From assembly GCA_017629175.1 (NCBI GenBank), contig JAGBXS010000028.1, positions 1 to 53,042 of the forward strand: a DNA stretch of 53,042 nt, in the 5' to 3' direction. This document shows positions 36,785 to 45,757 of this stretch, piece by piece. A program made the translations under genes and the position numbers. Numbering within the stretch: the first letter of the stretch is position 1; each line of letters starts with the position of its first letter. The DNA comes from Clostridia bacterium. Its GTDB lineage: Bacteria > Bacillota > Clostridia > Oscillospirales > CAG-382. The notes under the pieces are model-generated. The model saw only the letters and a program-made list of their open reading frames with translations. It was not told the origin of the DNA and did no database searches.

Positions 36785-38809
36785 TCATTGCAGATTAAAG
36801 AAATCGTCGTAACGGTTTTTACCGCCGCGCAGGCCATTGTACTGCAGCACGGCATACTTGGAAAGCATAGTCTGCGCCATTTTGGAAAGTTCTGCAGGAT
36901 TCCCCGACCACTTCCCCTCGGAATCGCGGTAGAAGTTCCGCGTTACCACAGGAAGGTATTCCATAGCCTCCCAGAGGAAGCTCTGATACCCGGTTTTGGG
37001 ATAGCCGATCACGTCGGTAACAACGGTAGAAAGATAGTTCAGAGAAAAATCTCCGTAATCCTTCTCGGGGATATCATAGTTCGCCCAGATAACGTACGGA
37101 ACGGTATAAAGGCAAACAGACTCTTCTTGGGAAAGCTGATCTTTTTTCTGTCCGAACACATCCGTGTAGAAGGTATCGGCAAGACCGGGCTGGTGATCCC
37201 CGAACATCACAACAACGGTGGGCTCATCCACAGACTCGAAGTAAGCAAGAAGCTCTTGGAAAGCGGCATCGCTTTCTCGGGCAAGGGAGAGGTACATATC
37301 AACGCTTTCGTACTTTCCTTCCTTGTCTCCGGTAAGCCATACGGTTTTGTCCAGGCCGGACCAGTTGACAGAGTAGCCTCCGTGATTCTGCATGGTAATG
37401 TTAAACAAGAACAAAGGCGAATCTCCGTTCTCGCCGGAGATATGTGCCTCGTATTTTGCAATCACATTCTCGTAGTTGGATCTATCACTGCAATACTCGC
37501 GGATATTGGTGACATTCTTGAAGTCGTCGATAAAATACATTTCGTCAAAATCGTACCGATCGTAAACGATGGTGCGGTTCCAACCGGATTTATCGTAGGG
37601 ATGCATGGCAATAGAGTAATATCCGAGAGAATTCAACTGTCTTGCAAAGGAATAATCGTTCTCCTGGGTGAACATTTGATACGCAACCGTCCCCACAGGA
37701 AGGAAGGATATGCTGTTCCCCGTCAGGAACTCATACTCGGAGTTGGCGGTATGGCCGCTGAACACGGAGACGTACGCGTTCCCTTTTACGGTATTCTCGG
37801 TCAAAGATTCAATGAAGGGCAGGCAGGGCTCGTTTGTCTCAAGGCCGATTACGGAAAGATCGCAGAAGGATTCGTTCATGATCACGATCACATTGGGACG
37901 AACGGTACCCTCGGGAACGGAAGACGACGAGGAGGTATACTCTTCGGTATATTTGCCGATAAGCTCGTCATAGCCCTCGGGCTTTTCCACGGAGCTGAAG
38001 CGAAGATTCACAGTAAAATTCAAAACAACGCCATTCTGTCTGGTTTGCCAAAGAGAGGTCCAAAGCTTTGCTTCGAAACCCGTCCAAGTCAAAAAGGGCG
38101 AGCAGAAGAAAAATACGATATATCCCGCAAAAACAGCTACGGTAGCAAGGGAAACATACCACTTGGGGCGGCGTGCTTCATTCTTTTTAACCGTAATGCA
38201 AAGGCCAACAAGATATGCAACAAGGGTCAAGGTGCCCAACAGCTGGCTGACGGACGGAAGGAAGTTGTACTCTCCTATCACGTTGGCGGCAGTTCTGATC
38301 GCCATAAAATCCGAGGGAAACAAAACACGGCCGCGGAACGCAAAGAAATAGCTGTCGCCAAGGCCGATCACCAAGAAAAAGATGGTTGTCACAATAGCAG
38401 ACGCCTTAAGCCGTCCGAAGGCAAGATAAAACAGAACGGCAACCATGTAATACCAAACAAGGTTTAAAAGGATCTCCTTTGCCGTCCACAAATCGCACCG
38501 GAAGGGAAAATAATCTATGTTCCCTATCATGTATTCCACAGTCAAGAAACACAAAAACGGTCCCAGCAACCAAAGAAGCACGGAAAGAAACCCGCGATAT
38601 CCGCGCAGAGCGGAAAAGGCTACGGTGCCGATCAAAAGCGCCCAAAGCAACGCATAGAAGAAATGATACCCTGTAAAAAGAAAAAACAAAAGCAACACAA
38701 CCGCAGAACAACCCACAATCAACAGCTGCTTTACGGCAACCGGATCGGAAAGAAGTGTCTTGCAGAAAGAAAGAGCTGTAGTTTTATATTGTAAAAGCTT
38801 CTGCTTCAT
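36785..38809 (-). CDS. LTA synthase family (alkaline phosphatase/sulfatase-like) membrane protein
   Basis: N-terminal TMs; PNVIVIMNESF, TANSEYEFLTG (catalytic Thr), WNR, TMQNHGGY and FGDHQP motifs. Confidence 0.92.
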   Translation of the reverse strand: MKQKLLQYKTTALSFCKTLLSDPVAVKQLLIVGCSAVVLLLFFLFTGYHFFYALLWALLIGTVAFSALRGYRGFLSVLLWLLGPFLCFLTVEYMIGNIDYFPFRCDLWTAKEILLNLVWYYMVAVLFYLAFGRLKASAIVTTIFFLVIGLGDSYFFAFRGRVLFPSDFMAIRTAANVIGEYNFLPSVSQLLGTLTLVAYLVGLCITVKKNEARRPKWYVSLATVAVFAGYIVFFFCSPFLTWTGFEAKLWTSLWQTRQNGVVLNFTVNLRFSSVEKPEGYDELIGKYTEEYTSSSSSVPEGTVRPNVIVIMNESFCDLSVIGLETNEPCLPFIESLTENTVKGNAYVSVFSGHTANSEYEFLTGNSISFLPVGTVAYQMFTQENDYSFARQLNSLGYYSIAMHPYDKSGWNRTIVYDRYDFDEMYFIDDFKNVTNIREYCSDRSNYENVIAKYEAHISGENGDSPLFLFNITMQNHGGYSVNWSGLDKTVWLTGDKEGKYESVDMYLSLARESDAAFQELLAYFESVDEPTVVVMFGDHQPGLADTFYTDVFGQKKDQLSQEESVCLYTVPYVIWANYDIPEKDYGDFSLNYLSTVVTDVIGYPKTGYQSFLWEAMEYLPVVTRNFYRDSEGKWSGNPAELSKMAQTMLSKYAVLQYNGLRGGKNRYDDFFNLQ

Positions 38810-38934
38810 AGTGCCTCACGCTCTGATTTCATAAAAATATACAAATACATTTATATCATACGCGGGAGAAAATGTCAAGTTATGTCGCAGGGAAATTCAT
38901 CGAGAAAAACTTTTTCTTTTTTTCAAAAAAGGGG

Positions 38935-38963
38935 TTGACAAACAGATCAAAATGTGATATTCT
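38935..38963 (+). promoter_or_regulatory. SigmaA promoter of the tRNA pair
   Basis: TTGACA-N17-TATTCT preceded by an A/T-rich UP-like element. Confidence 0.75.
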
Positions 38964-38978
38964 ATCAAAGCTGTGAAC

Positions 38979-39067
38979 GCCGGAGTGGCGGAATAGGCAG
39001 ACGCCCCGGACTTAAAATCCGGTGAGACTAAACCCTCGTGCCGGTTCGACCCCGGTCTCCGGCACCA
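38979..39067 (+). tRNA. tRNA-Leu(TAA)
   Basis: GCCGGAG acceptor, CCGGA-CTTAAAA-TCCGG anticodon arm, long variable arm, encoded CCA. Confidence 0.96.
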
Positions 39068-39085
39068 CAACTTAATTTCCTATAT

Positions 39086-39163
<78 letters not shown>

Positions 39164-39168
39164 GAACG

Positions 39169-39200
39169 ATCAAGCAACCGAACGGTTGCTTGATTTTTTT
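39169..39200 (+). terminator. Terminator of the tRNA operon
   Basis: ATCAAGCAACCG-aa-CGGTTGCTTGAT followed by T run. Confidence 0.85.
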
Positions 39201-39243
39201 CCTTTCGGATGCAAAGACATATTTTTGGATGTTGGAGACAAGC

Positions 39244-40062
39244 ATGAATAACATCATTGAAATAACCAATTTTCTTGCTCCCGAGTTGGACGTATATGCA
39301 CGGCTGACCGAGGTTCAATTATTGAACAGAGAATTCCCCGAGAAGGGATTGTTTATCGCTGAAAGCCCCAAGGTGATCGAACGCGCTCTGAACGCAGGAT
39401 ACGAACCCATCTCCTGCCTTATGGAAAAACGGCACATCGAAGGCGAAGGTAAGGATATTCTCTCCCGCATGGAGGAAATCCCCGTTTATTGTGCGGAGTT
39501 TGATGTGCTGACACAGCTTACGGGCTTTAAGCTGACAAGAGGCATGCTGTGTGCCATGAAGCGTAAGCCTCTGCCCGATGTTGTAAAGCTCTGCGAAAAC
39601 AAAAGCAGGATCGTTATTTTGGATCAGGTTATGAACCCCACCAACGTAGGTGCCATCATTCGCTCGGCCGCCGCTCTTGGCATGGATGCCGTTCTGCTGA
39701 CAACGGGATGCTCCGATCCGCTGTACAGACGAGCATCAAGAGTCAGCATGGGCACCGTGTTTCAGATCAAATGGACATTTATTGAAAATAGCGATCTTGA
39801 GAAGATCAAGGCAATGGGCTTTAAAACCGTTGCCATGGCACTTAAGGACAATTCCCTCTCCATCCGTGATCCCGCGCTGACAAGTGAAGAGAAGCTGGCA
39901 ATCGTTATGGGGACGGAGGGCGACGGACTTTCCGACGTTACCATAGCCGAGTGTGATTATACCGTTAAGATACCCATGTATTACGGTGTCGATTCCTTAA
40001 ACGTTGCCGCAGCATCGGCAATTGCGTTCTATCAGTTGGGAAATAAAACAAACGAGATTTAA
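39244..40062 (+). CDS. TrmH/SpoU family RNA methyltransferase
   Basis: NPTNVGAIIRSAAALG, RVSMG, GTEGDGL and IPM...DSLNVAAAS SPOUT motifs. Confidence 0.93.
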   Translation: MNNIIEITNFLAPELDVYARLTEVQLLNREFPEKGLFIAESPKVIERALNAGYEPISCLMEKRHIEGEGKDILSRMEEIPVYCAEFDVLTQLTGFKLTRGMLCAMKRKPLPDVVKLCENKSRIVILDQVMNPTNVGAIIRSAAALGMDAVLLTTGCSDPLYRRASRVSMGTVFQIKWTFIENSDLEKIKAMGFKTVAMALKDNSLSIRDPALTSEEKLAIVMGTEGDGLSDVTIAECDYTVKIPMYYGVDSLNVAAASAIAFYQLGNKTNEI

Positions 40063-40072
40063 ACGCTCTCTT

Positions 40073-40107
40073 AAAAGGCACTTCGAAAAAGTGCCTTTTG
40101 TTTTTTT
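40073..40107 (+). terminator. Terminator
   Basis: AAAAGGCACTT / AAGTGCCTTTT followed by T run. Confidence 0.8.
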
Positions 40108-40112
40108 GGATG

Positions 40113-40140
40113 TTGACATAGAACGAATATATGTTATAAT
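40113..40140 (+). promoter_or_regulatory. SigmaA promoter of the GH78 gene
   Basis: TTGACA-N16-TATAAT with extended TG. Confidence 0.75.
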
Positions 40141-40170
40141 CAAAGTATATCGAAAGCACGGAGGTGCGAT

Positions 40171-42405
40171 ATGTATAACATCAAAGATAAATTCATTCAA
40201 GCCACCCGACAATACAACACGTTCGAAAATCCCGTTCCTGCTTTTTATTTTAGGAAGGTTTTTCATTCGGACAGACAGATCTCTGCCGTGGTTCGGATCG
40301 CCGTATGCGGCTTTTACGAGTTGTTCTTCAATGGGAAGCAAATCACCAAAGGCTTTCTTTCTCCGTACATCAGCAACCCCAACGATATTGTCTATTATGA
40401 TGAATACCAAGTTGAATTAACGGCAGGCGAAAACGTTTTCGGCATCCTTCTCGGCAACGGATTTCAAAACAATCCCGGTGGATATATTTGGGATTTTGAC
40501 AAAGCGGACTTTCGCAGTGCGCCAAAATTCTCCATGGAAGTCAAGAAAGGAGAGGACGTCTTGTTCTTCAGCGATGAGACCTTTAAGATAAAGCCCTCTC
40601 CCATCCGCAGTGACGATTACCGTTTTGGCGAGATTTACGATGCCAATTATGAGACGGATGGATGGAACCTCCCGGGATATGACGATGCAGAGTGGGCGAA
40701 CGCTCTGCCAGTAGCATCGCCCAATGGAGAACTTCGCCTTGCGGATATAGACCCCATCGTCAAGGAATGTGAGATGTCTCCCGTGGAGATCATTGCCTGT
40801 GAGGATGGATATATTTACGATTTCGGGCTCTCCCATACAGGTATATGCCGTATAACGGTGCGTGGTAATAAGGGGCAAGAAATCGTTCTTCGTCACGCAG
40901 ACTCGTTAAAGGACGGAGATCTCAATCTGGAGCAGATTTGGTTTGCAGATCGCCGGGAGCGGGACAAGCATAACGTTCACAAAGACATCTATATCTGCAA
41001 AGGCATCGGAACAGAGCGCTACACCCCTCACTTTACCTACCACGGCTTCCGCTACGTGAAGGTAACGGGCATCACAAAAGAACAGGCCACCGAGGAACTA
41101 CTGACCTTTTTGGTCTATCACACCGCGTTGGAGACCCGGGGGGATTTTGCTTGCTCCGATCCCGTGGCTACAAAATTACAAGAATTGACACGGCGCAGTA
41201 TCGTTTCGAACTTCCATCACTTCCCCACCGATTGTCCCCAGCGGGAGAAAAACGGCTGGACTGCGGATGCCGCCCTCTCCTGCGAAGCAGCCCTATTGAA
41301 TTTCACTCCGGAGCGTAATTACAGAGAGTGGCTGCGGAACATCTGCAAGGCACAGCGTGAGGACGGCGCGTTGCCCGGAATCGTTCCCACGGGAGGATGG
41401 GGCTTCCATTGGGGGAACGGCCCTGCATGGGACTGTGTTCTGGCTTGGATTCCTTATCACACTTACCTTTACCGTGGCAGCACGGAGATGATCTCCGAAT
41501 CCGCAGAGACATTTATAAAGTATTTGCGTTATTTACGCTCCCGCTGTGACGATAAGGGACTGCTAGCCATCGGCTTGGGAGACTGGTGCCACGTGGGCGG
41601 TTTGCCTCCCAAAGCACCTTTGGCGGTTACGGATACCATCACGGCTATGGATATCGCACACAAAATGGCAACAATGCTTGATGCGGTAAAAATGACCGAG
41701 GGAGCTGATTTTGCAAAGAAAGAAGCGATGGCATACAAGTCTGCGATCCGCGACAGTCTGGTAGATCAAAACACACTGCTGGTAGAGGGCAACTGTCAAA
41801 CAAGCCAGGCCATGGCGTTGCACTACGGGGTATTTGAGGAAAACGAGAAAGAGAAAGCCTTTCTTCGTCTTTTGGAGCTGATCCACGGCGCTGACGATCA
41901 TATCGACGTGGGCGTTTTGGGTGGAAGAGTGCTCTTCCACGTACTGAGCGCCTTCGGGCATAGCGATTTGGCTTTTCGCATGATCACCCGGGAGGACTAT
42001 CCTTCCTACGGAAATTGGCTCAAACGCGGCGCCACAACGCTGTGGGAAAACTTCCTGCCCGATGGTGTCAGCTCCATGAACCATCATTTCTGGGGAGATA
42101 TCAGTGCTTGGTTTATCAAGTGCCTTGCGGGAATTTGCCTCACAGAACGTCAAAGCGTTGTAATCCGACCATACTTTGTTAAAAGCTTGAACAGCGTTAC
42201 GGCATATCACATTACCCCCGAAGGAAAGGTGTCCGTTTCCTGGCATCGGGAAGGGGACACAATTCTTCTGGACGTAGAGATCCCCGACGGAATGGATGCA
42301 ACCGCAAGCTTGGAAGCGGGATATCACTTTACCAACGTCGCGGAAGGGAATTTGCTTACAAGCGGCCGCTACGTGATCAAAGGCAGAATCGAGGATCTCT
42401 CATGA
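40171..42405 (+). CDS. Glycoside hydrolase family 78 (alpha-L-rhamnosidase-like)
   Basis: GEIYDA, DFG, FTYHGFRYV, PTDCPQREKNGWTADA, GDW, GATTLWE and SMNH motifs; no signal peptide. Confidence 0.93.
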   Translation: MYNIKDKFIQATRQYNTFENPVPAFYFRKVFHSDRQISAVVRIAVCGFYELFFNGKQITKGFLSPYISNPNDIVYYDEYQVELTAGENVFGILLGNGFQNNPGGYIWDFDKADFRSAPKFSMEVKKGEDVLFFSDETFKIKPSPIRSDDYRFGEIYDANYETDGWNLPGYDDAEWANALPVASPNGELRLADIDPIVKECEMSPVEIIACEDGYIYDFGLSHTGICRITVRGNKGQEIVLRHADSLKDGDLNLEQIWFADRRERDKHNVHKDIYICKGIGTERYTPHFTYHGFRYVKVTGITKEQATEELLTFLVYHTALETRGDFACSDPVATKLQELTRRSIVSNFHHFPTDCPQREKNGWTADAALSCEAALLNFTPERNYREWLRNICKAQREDGALPGIVPTGGWGFHWGNGPAWDCVLAWIPYHTYLYRGSTEMISESAETFIKYLRYLRSRCDDKGLLAIGLGDWCHVGGLPPKAPLAVTDTITAMDIAHKMATMLDAVKMTEGADFAKKEAMAYKSAIRDSLVDQNTLLVEGNCQTSQAMALHYGVFEENEKEKAFLRLLELIHGADDHIDVGVLGGRVLFHVLSAFGHSDLAFRMITREDYPSYGNWLKRGATTLWENFLPDGVSSMNHHFWGDISAWFIKCLAGICLTERQSVVIRPYFVKSLNSVTAYHITPEGKVSVSWHREGDTILLDVEIPDGMDATASLEAGYHFTNVAEGNLLTSGRYVIKGRIEDLS

Positions 42406-42827
42406 ATAATTTTTTGCAAAGACTATGTCTCGTTCGGAAATTCCAATTCAAGACAAAGTTGCAAAGAAACGAAATTCTCGCAAGAGTCAATTCATTGACC
42501 GAGCCTTTCACCTCCGATTATTACGGATACGTGTGGGAGAACGGCTTCCGGATCTACGAAAAGCATCGCAAGCATTTTTTCGGCGGGAGCATGAAGAACT
42601 CGTTTGCACCTGCGGTGAAAGCCGTTATCTTTGAGGAGGACGGCATCTCCTTGGTTTCCTGCACCGCACACCTGCATCCGCTGGTGATGGTTCTCTTTGT
42701 TCCGATCTATCTATGTGCCGCACTTACCGTTGTGCTCTTTCCCGCGGTTCATCTTCTGTTGCATTTTGCCTTTTTCAAGCCTGCCAAGAGACTGGAAGAG
42801 ACCCTTCTTGATCTGCTGGAACGGTAA
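42402..42827 (+). CDS. Hypothetical membrane protein
   Basis: ATGA overlap with the GH78 stop, GAGG RBS, two C-terminal TM helices. Confidence 0.7.
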   Translation: MNNFLQRLCLVRKFQFKTKLQRNEILARVNSLTEPFTSDYYGYVWENGFRIYEKHRKHFFGGSMKNSFAPAVKAVIFEEDGISLVSCTAHLHPLVMVLFVPIYLCAALTVVLFPAVHLLLHFAFFKPAKRLEETLLDLLER

Positions 42828-42841
42828 TTCCCATACACAAA

Positions 42842-42864
42842 ACCGCCGGCAAAATGCCGGCGGT
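42842..42864. terminator. Hairpin between convergent genes
   Basis: ACCGCCGGCA-aaa-TGCCGGCGGT. Confidence 0.7.
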
Positions 42865-42871
42865 ATGCTTA

Positions 42872-43846
42872 TTAAAAGACAGGCTTGGGATAAGAGGCTT
42901 TGTCGGAGACCACAAGCTCCATGATCTGCTCAAAGCTCATCCATTCCACACGGTCGGAGAGGTGAAGCTTGATACGACGGGCTACCTCCTCCATGATTTT
43001 TAAGCCGGTGCCCAATCCGTTGGACATCAGACTTTGCCAATGGGAGATGAGAATGGGATAGCCGCCCGTCTCAAGCATGTCAATCACATCTCCGGACTTG
43101 CCGTCGGCGGTGATCAGCTTATCCGCAATCTCGGAAATCAACCCATCGTCCGTACGGGGTGTATCGATGGTTGCCCACAAGTAATCTCTGGTGGTAGCGG
43201 GAATGGAGACAAGCGTTCTGCCCTCGTCATCATACGCCACCCAAGGCTTAGCCCCGGGGCGTCTCAAGCCACGAAGGAAGAACCAAGCGTTTTTGCTCCC
43301 CGTCACTTCTTCCACGGCGGAAGAAATGGAATACTCGTATTCGCCTTCCACCTCGATGCCAAAGTCCCAAGGAGAGGTCACGCCAAGGGTGGGAATACCT
43401 GCTTCTCTGAGAAGAGACAACGCTTTGGAGATATAAGGCACGAACGTAGTCCGATCCTGGGTGGATGCCCAATCCCGTTCATTCATGGGAAGCGCTTCAC
43501 CCGTTGCCAGATCCACCGCTTTATGATGGGTCAGCATTTCGGGGCCTGCGGAGAACGCGGGAATGACACGGGTCTTGATGCAATCCAGCCATTCCTTCAT
43601 TTCGGCTTCGGGAATACCCTCCAAGCCGTTTACAATATCCCCTTTGTTACCGGGCATGGGAATGACACTGAACTTTCCGCGGATACCGTATTTCTCAATG
43701 ATATCACAGAAGGTAAACAGCATCTCGTTGGGATAGGTGGGGATCAACGGTCTGCCGTCCTCCGTGGTGCTTTTGCCGGCGTGCTCGTAATAAACGGATA
43801 TAACGGGTGCGGGGTCATCAATGATCCAACTGATGGGCGTTTTCAT
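42872..43846 (-). CDS. Hypothetical protein, possible NodB/deacetylase-like barrel
   Basis: IIDD near the N-terminus, GKFSVIP, EMLTH, GVTSP and SHWQ motifs; GGAG RBS before ATG 43846. Confidence 0.6.
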   Translation of the reverse strand: MKTPISWIIDDPAPVISVYYEHAGKSTTEDGRPLIPTYPNEMLFTFCDIIEKYGIRGKFSVIPMPGNKGDIVNGLEGIPEAEMKEWLDCIKTRVIPAFSAGPEMLTHHKAVDLATGEALPMNERDWASTQDRTTFVPYISKALSLLREAGIPTLGVTSPWDFGIEVEGEYEYSISSAVEEVTGSKNAWFFLRGLRRPGAKPWVAYDDEGRTLVSIPATTRDYLWATIDTPRTDDGLISEIADKLITADGKSGDVIDMLETGGYPILISHWQSLMSNGLGTGLKIMEEVARRIKLHLSDRVEWMSFEQIMELVVSDKASYPKPVF

Positions 43847-43877
43847 ACCAAAAAAAACTCCGTTTGATTTTTTTGAT

Positions 43878-43906
43878 ATTGTACCACTTCCGGGCATTCC
43901 TGTCAA
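43878..43906 (-). promoter_or_regulatory. SigmaA promoter
   Basis: TTGACA-N17-TACAAT with extended TG. Confidence 0.75.
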
Positions 43907-43936
43907 GTTTTTTTAAATACTTTGTCAGGAATGCCC
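43892..43936. repeat. 15-bp inverted repeat (14/15 match) in a divergent promoter region
   Basis: GGGCATTCCTGTCAA-N15-TTGTCAGGAATGCCC. Confidence 0.8.
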
Positions 43937-43973
43937 CAAACACCACACTATACCTATGAAAGGAGATGAGGAA

Positions 43974-45638
43974 ATGCAAGAAACAAACGCTTTGCGTGAC
44001 GAACTGCTGAAAGAGCTTACCGTCCAACATATGGAAAAGCTGTTCTATTTCTGTTTGAAAAAGACGGGAAGCCATACAGAGGCGGAGGATCTGACCCAGG
44101 ATATCGCATTACAGATCGTCACAGCCTTGAACAAAGGAATCGTTCCCGAATGTTTTTCCGCATGGGTTTGGAAAATTGCCAAGAACCGTTACGCCGCTTG
44201 GGCAAAGGAGAAGCATTCCAAACACGAACATATTGCGGGCGGCTCTATCGACGACTATGATATGGCGGACCAAGGCGCGGAGATCCTTGATACGATGGTG
44301 CATACAGAGCAAATGACTCTGCTCCGGCGAGAGCTGGCATTTATCAAGAGAGAATACCGGGATATTTTGGTTGCATACTACATTGAGGACGAAAGCGTGC
44401 GTTCCATTGCGTCTTCCCTGTCCCTTACGGAAAGCGCGGTACAGCAAAGACTGCACCGTGCAAGAAATATTCTGAAAGAAGGTATGGAAATGGCAAGAGA
44501 ATTCGGAAAACTCAGCTACAAGCCGGAGAACATCGGGTATATTTTCAACGGCTGCCGCGGTGAAAATAATGAACCGCTGAACTACATCTTCCGCGGGCTT
44601 TGCAAAAACATTTTACTGGCGGCTTACAGAACACCCGCTACGGCAGAGGAGCTGGCCATGGAGGTGGGCGTTGCTCTTCCCTATATGGAGGAAGAGCTTA
44701 ACGCTTTGGTAAACGCCACGCTGATGAAGAAAAACGGCAACAAATATGAGACCAATTTCTTCATCGTCAGCGCAGAAGCACAGGAAAAGATCGCCAAGCA
44801 TTTGAAGCAAATCACCCCGTCTCTCACCAAGGCGGCGATCGACGCTATGGAATTTGACATCGGATGGCGAAACGAAAACTGTCCCGCATGGCACGAAGGG
44901 TATCAGCCTGCCGAGATTATGAAGGCAGCACTTCTGATGGACGAAGCTGACACCATTAATTTCTCCTTCCGAAAGCAGTTCAATAAGGATGCTTCCGAGG
45001 TGAAGGGCATCGGCCCTTGGGGGCACACGATCCGTCCTCACGGTGGCGAATGGGATCTTTTGGGCACGGAGAACTATCACGGAGAAAGACCCGATTACGT
45101 TTCGCTTACCGGCTGTGTTTCCGGGCCGTTGGAGAAAGATCTTCCCGAGATTAAATTTCGACAGTTCCGCTTCGATTACAAGGGGATAGAAAGCAAGCTG
45201 CCTCCTTTATTGACCTATGCAGACGGAAAAGGCATCGAGTCCGTCGCAAACGGTATATGGAACGAGGTCGAAGAGTCTATTTTAAAGCGTTTGGAGGAGT
45301 ACGGATACATCAAGAAAACGGAAGACGGATATCTTCCCACCATTCTGGTCATGCGCAAAGAAAAGAACCTTAAAATGCCCCCGGAGGTAAAGGCGCAGTT
45401 GGAAAAGCTGAGAGACAAGGCAAGAGAGATCGCATCGGAGCATTATCTCTTCTGTAGGAACCAGATCCTCGCAGAGGTTCCCGCGTTTTTGAAGGAGGAT
45501 ACCTTCCAGATCGATCACGCTTGCGCCAACATCTTCCATATCCGCGGCGCGATCTTCGAGGAAGCGCTCCGCATGAGTTATCTTTCCGTGGGTACCGAAA
45601 AGGTTGATCCCACCTTGGGTGCATATTTGGTGCTGTAA
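43974..45638 (+). CDS. ECF-type sigma-70 factor with a long C-terminal extension
   Basis: Region 2 (EAEDLTQD, FSAWVWKIAKN) and region 4 (IASSLSLTESAVQQRLHRAR) in the first ~170 aa, then ~385 further aa. Confidence 0.9.
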   Translation: MQETNALRDELLKELTVQHMEKLFYFCLKKTGSHTEAEDLTQDIALQIVTALNKGIVPECFSAWVWKIAKNRYAAWAKEKHSKHEHIAGGSIDDYDMADQGAEILDTMVHTEQMTLLRRELAFIKREYRDILVAYYIEDESVRSIASSLSLTESAVQQRLHRARNILKEGMEMAREFGKLSYKPENIGYIFNGCRGENNEPLNYIFRGLCKNILLAAYRTPATAEELAMEVGVALPYMEEELNALVNATLMKKNGNKYETNFFIVSAEAQEKIAKHLKQITPSLTKAAIDAMEFDIGWRNENCPAWHEGYQPAEIMKAALLMDEADTINFSFRKQFNKDASEVKGIGPWGHTIRPHGGEWDLLGTENYHGERPDYVSLTGCVSGPLEKDLPEIKFRQFRFDYKGIESKLPPLLTYADGKGIESVANGIWNEVEESILKRLEEYGYIKKTEDGYLPTILVMRKEKNLKMPPEVKAQLEKLRDKAREIASEHYLFCRNQILAEVPAFLKEDTFQIDHACANIFHIRGAIFEEALRMSYLSVGTEKVDPTLGAYLVL

Positions 45639-45645
45639 TAACATT

Positions 45646-45683
45646 TGCAGAGAGGAACGAAGGATTTCTCTCTGCATTTTTTT
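45646..45683 (+). terminator. Terminator
   Basis: TGCAGAGAG / CTCTCTGCA followed by T run. Confidence 0.75.
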
Positions 45684-45757
45684 GCTTTTCGCCTTGCAAT
45701 GGAAAAGAAAATGTGATAAACTGCGGTTAAACAAAGAATGTTTAGGAGAACAAGACC

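Noticed and set aside
40124-40137. LexA/DinR-like box (CGAATATATGTTAT) in the GH78 promoter
   Set aside because: Mismatches in both GAAC and GTTC half-sites, overlap with the AT-rich -10 box explains the resemblance, and the gene is not SOS-related
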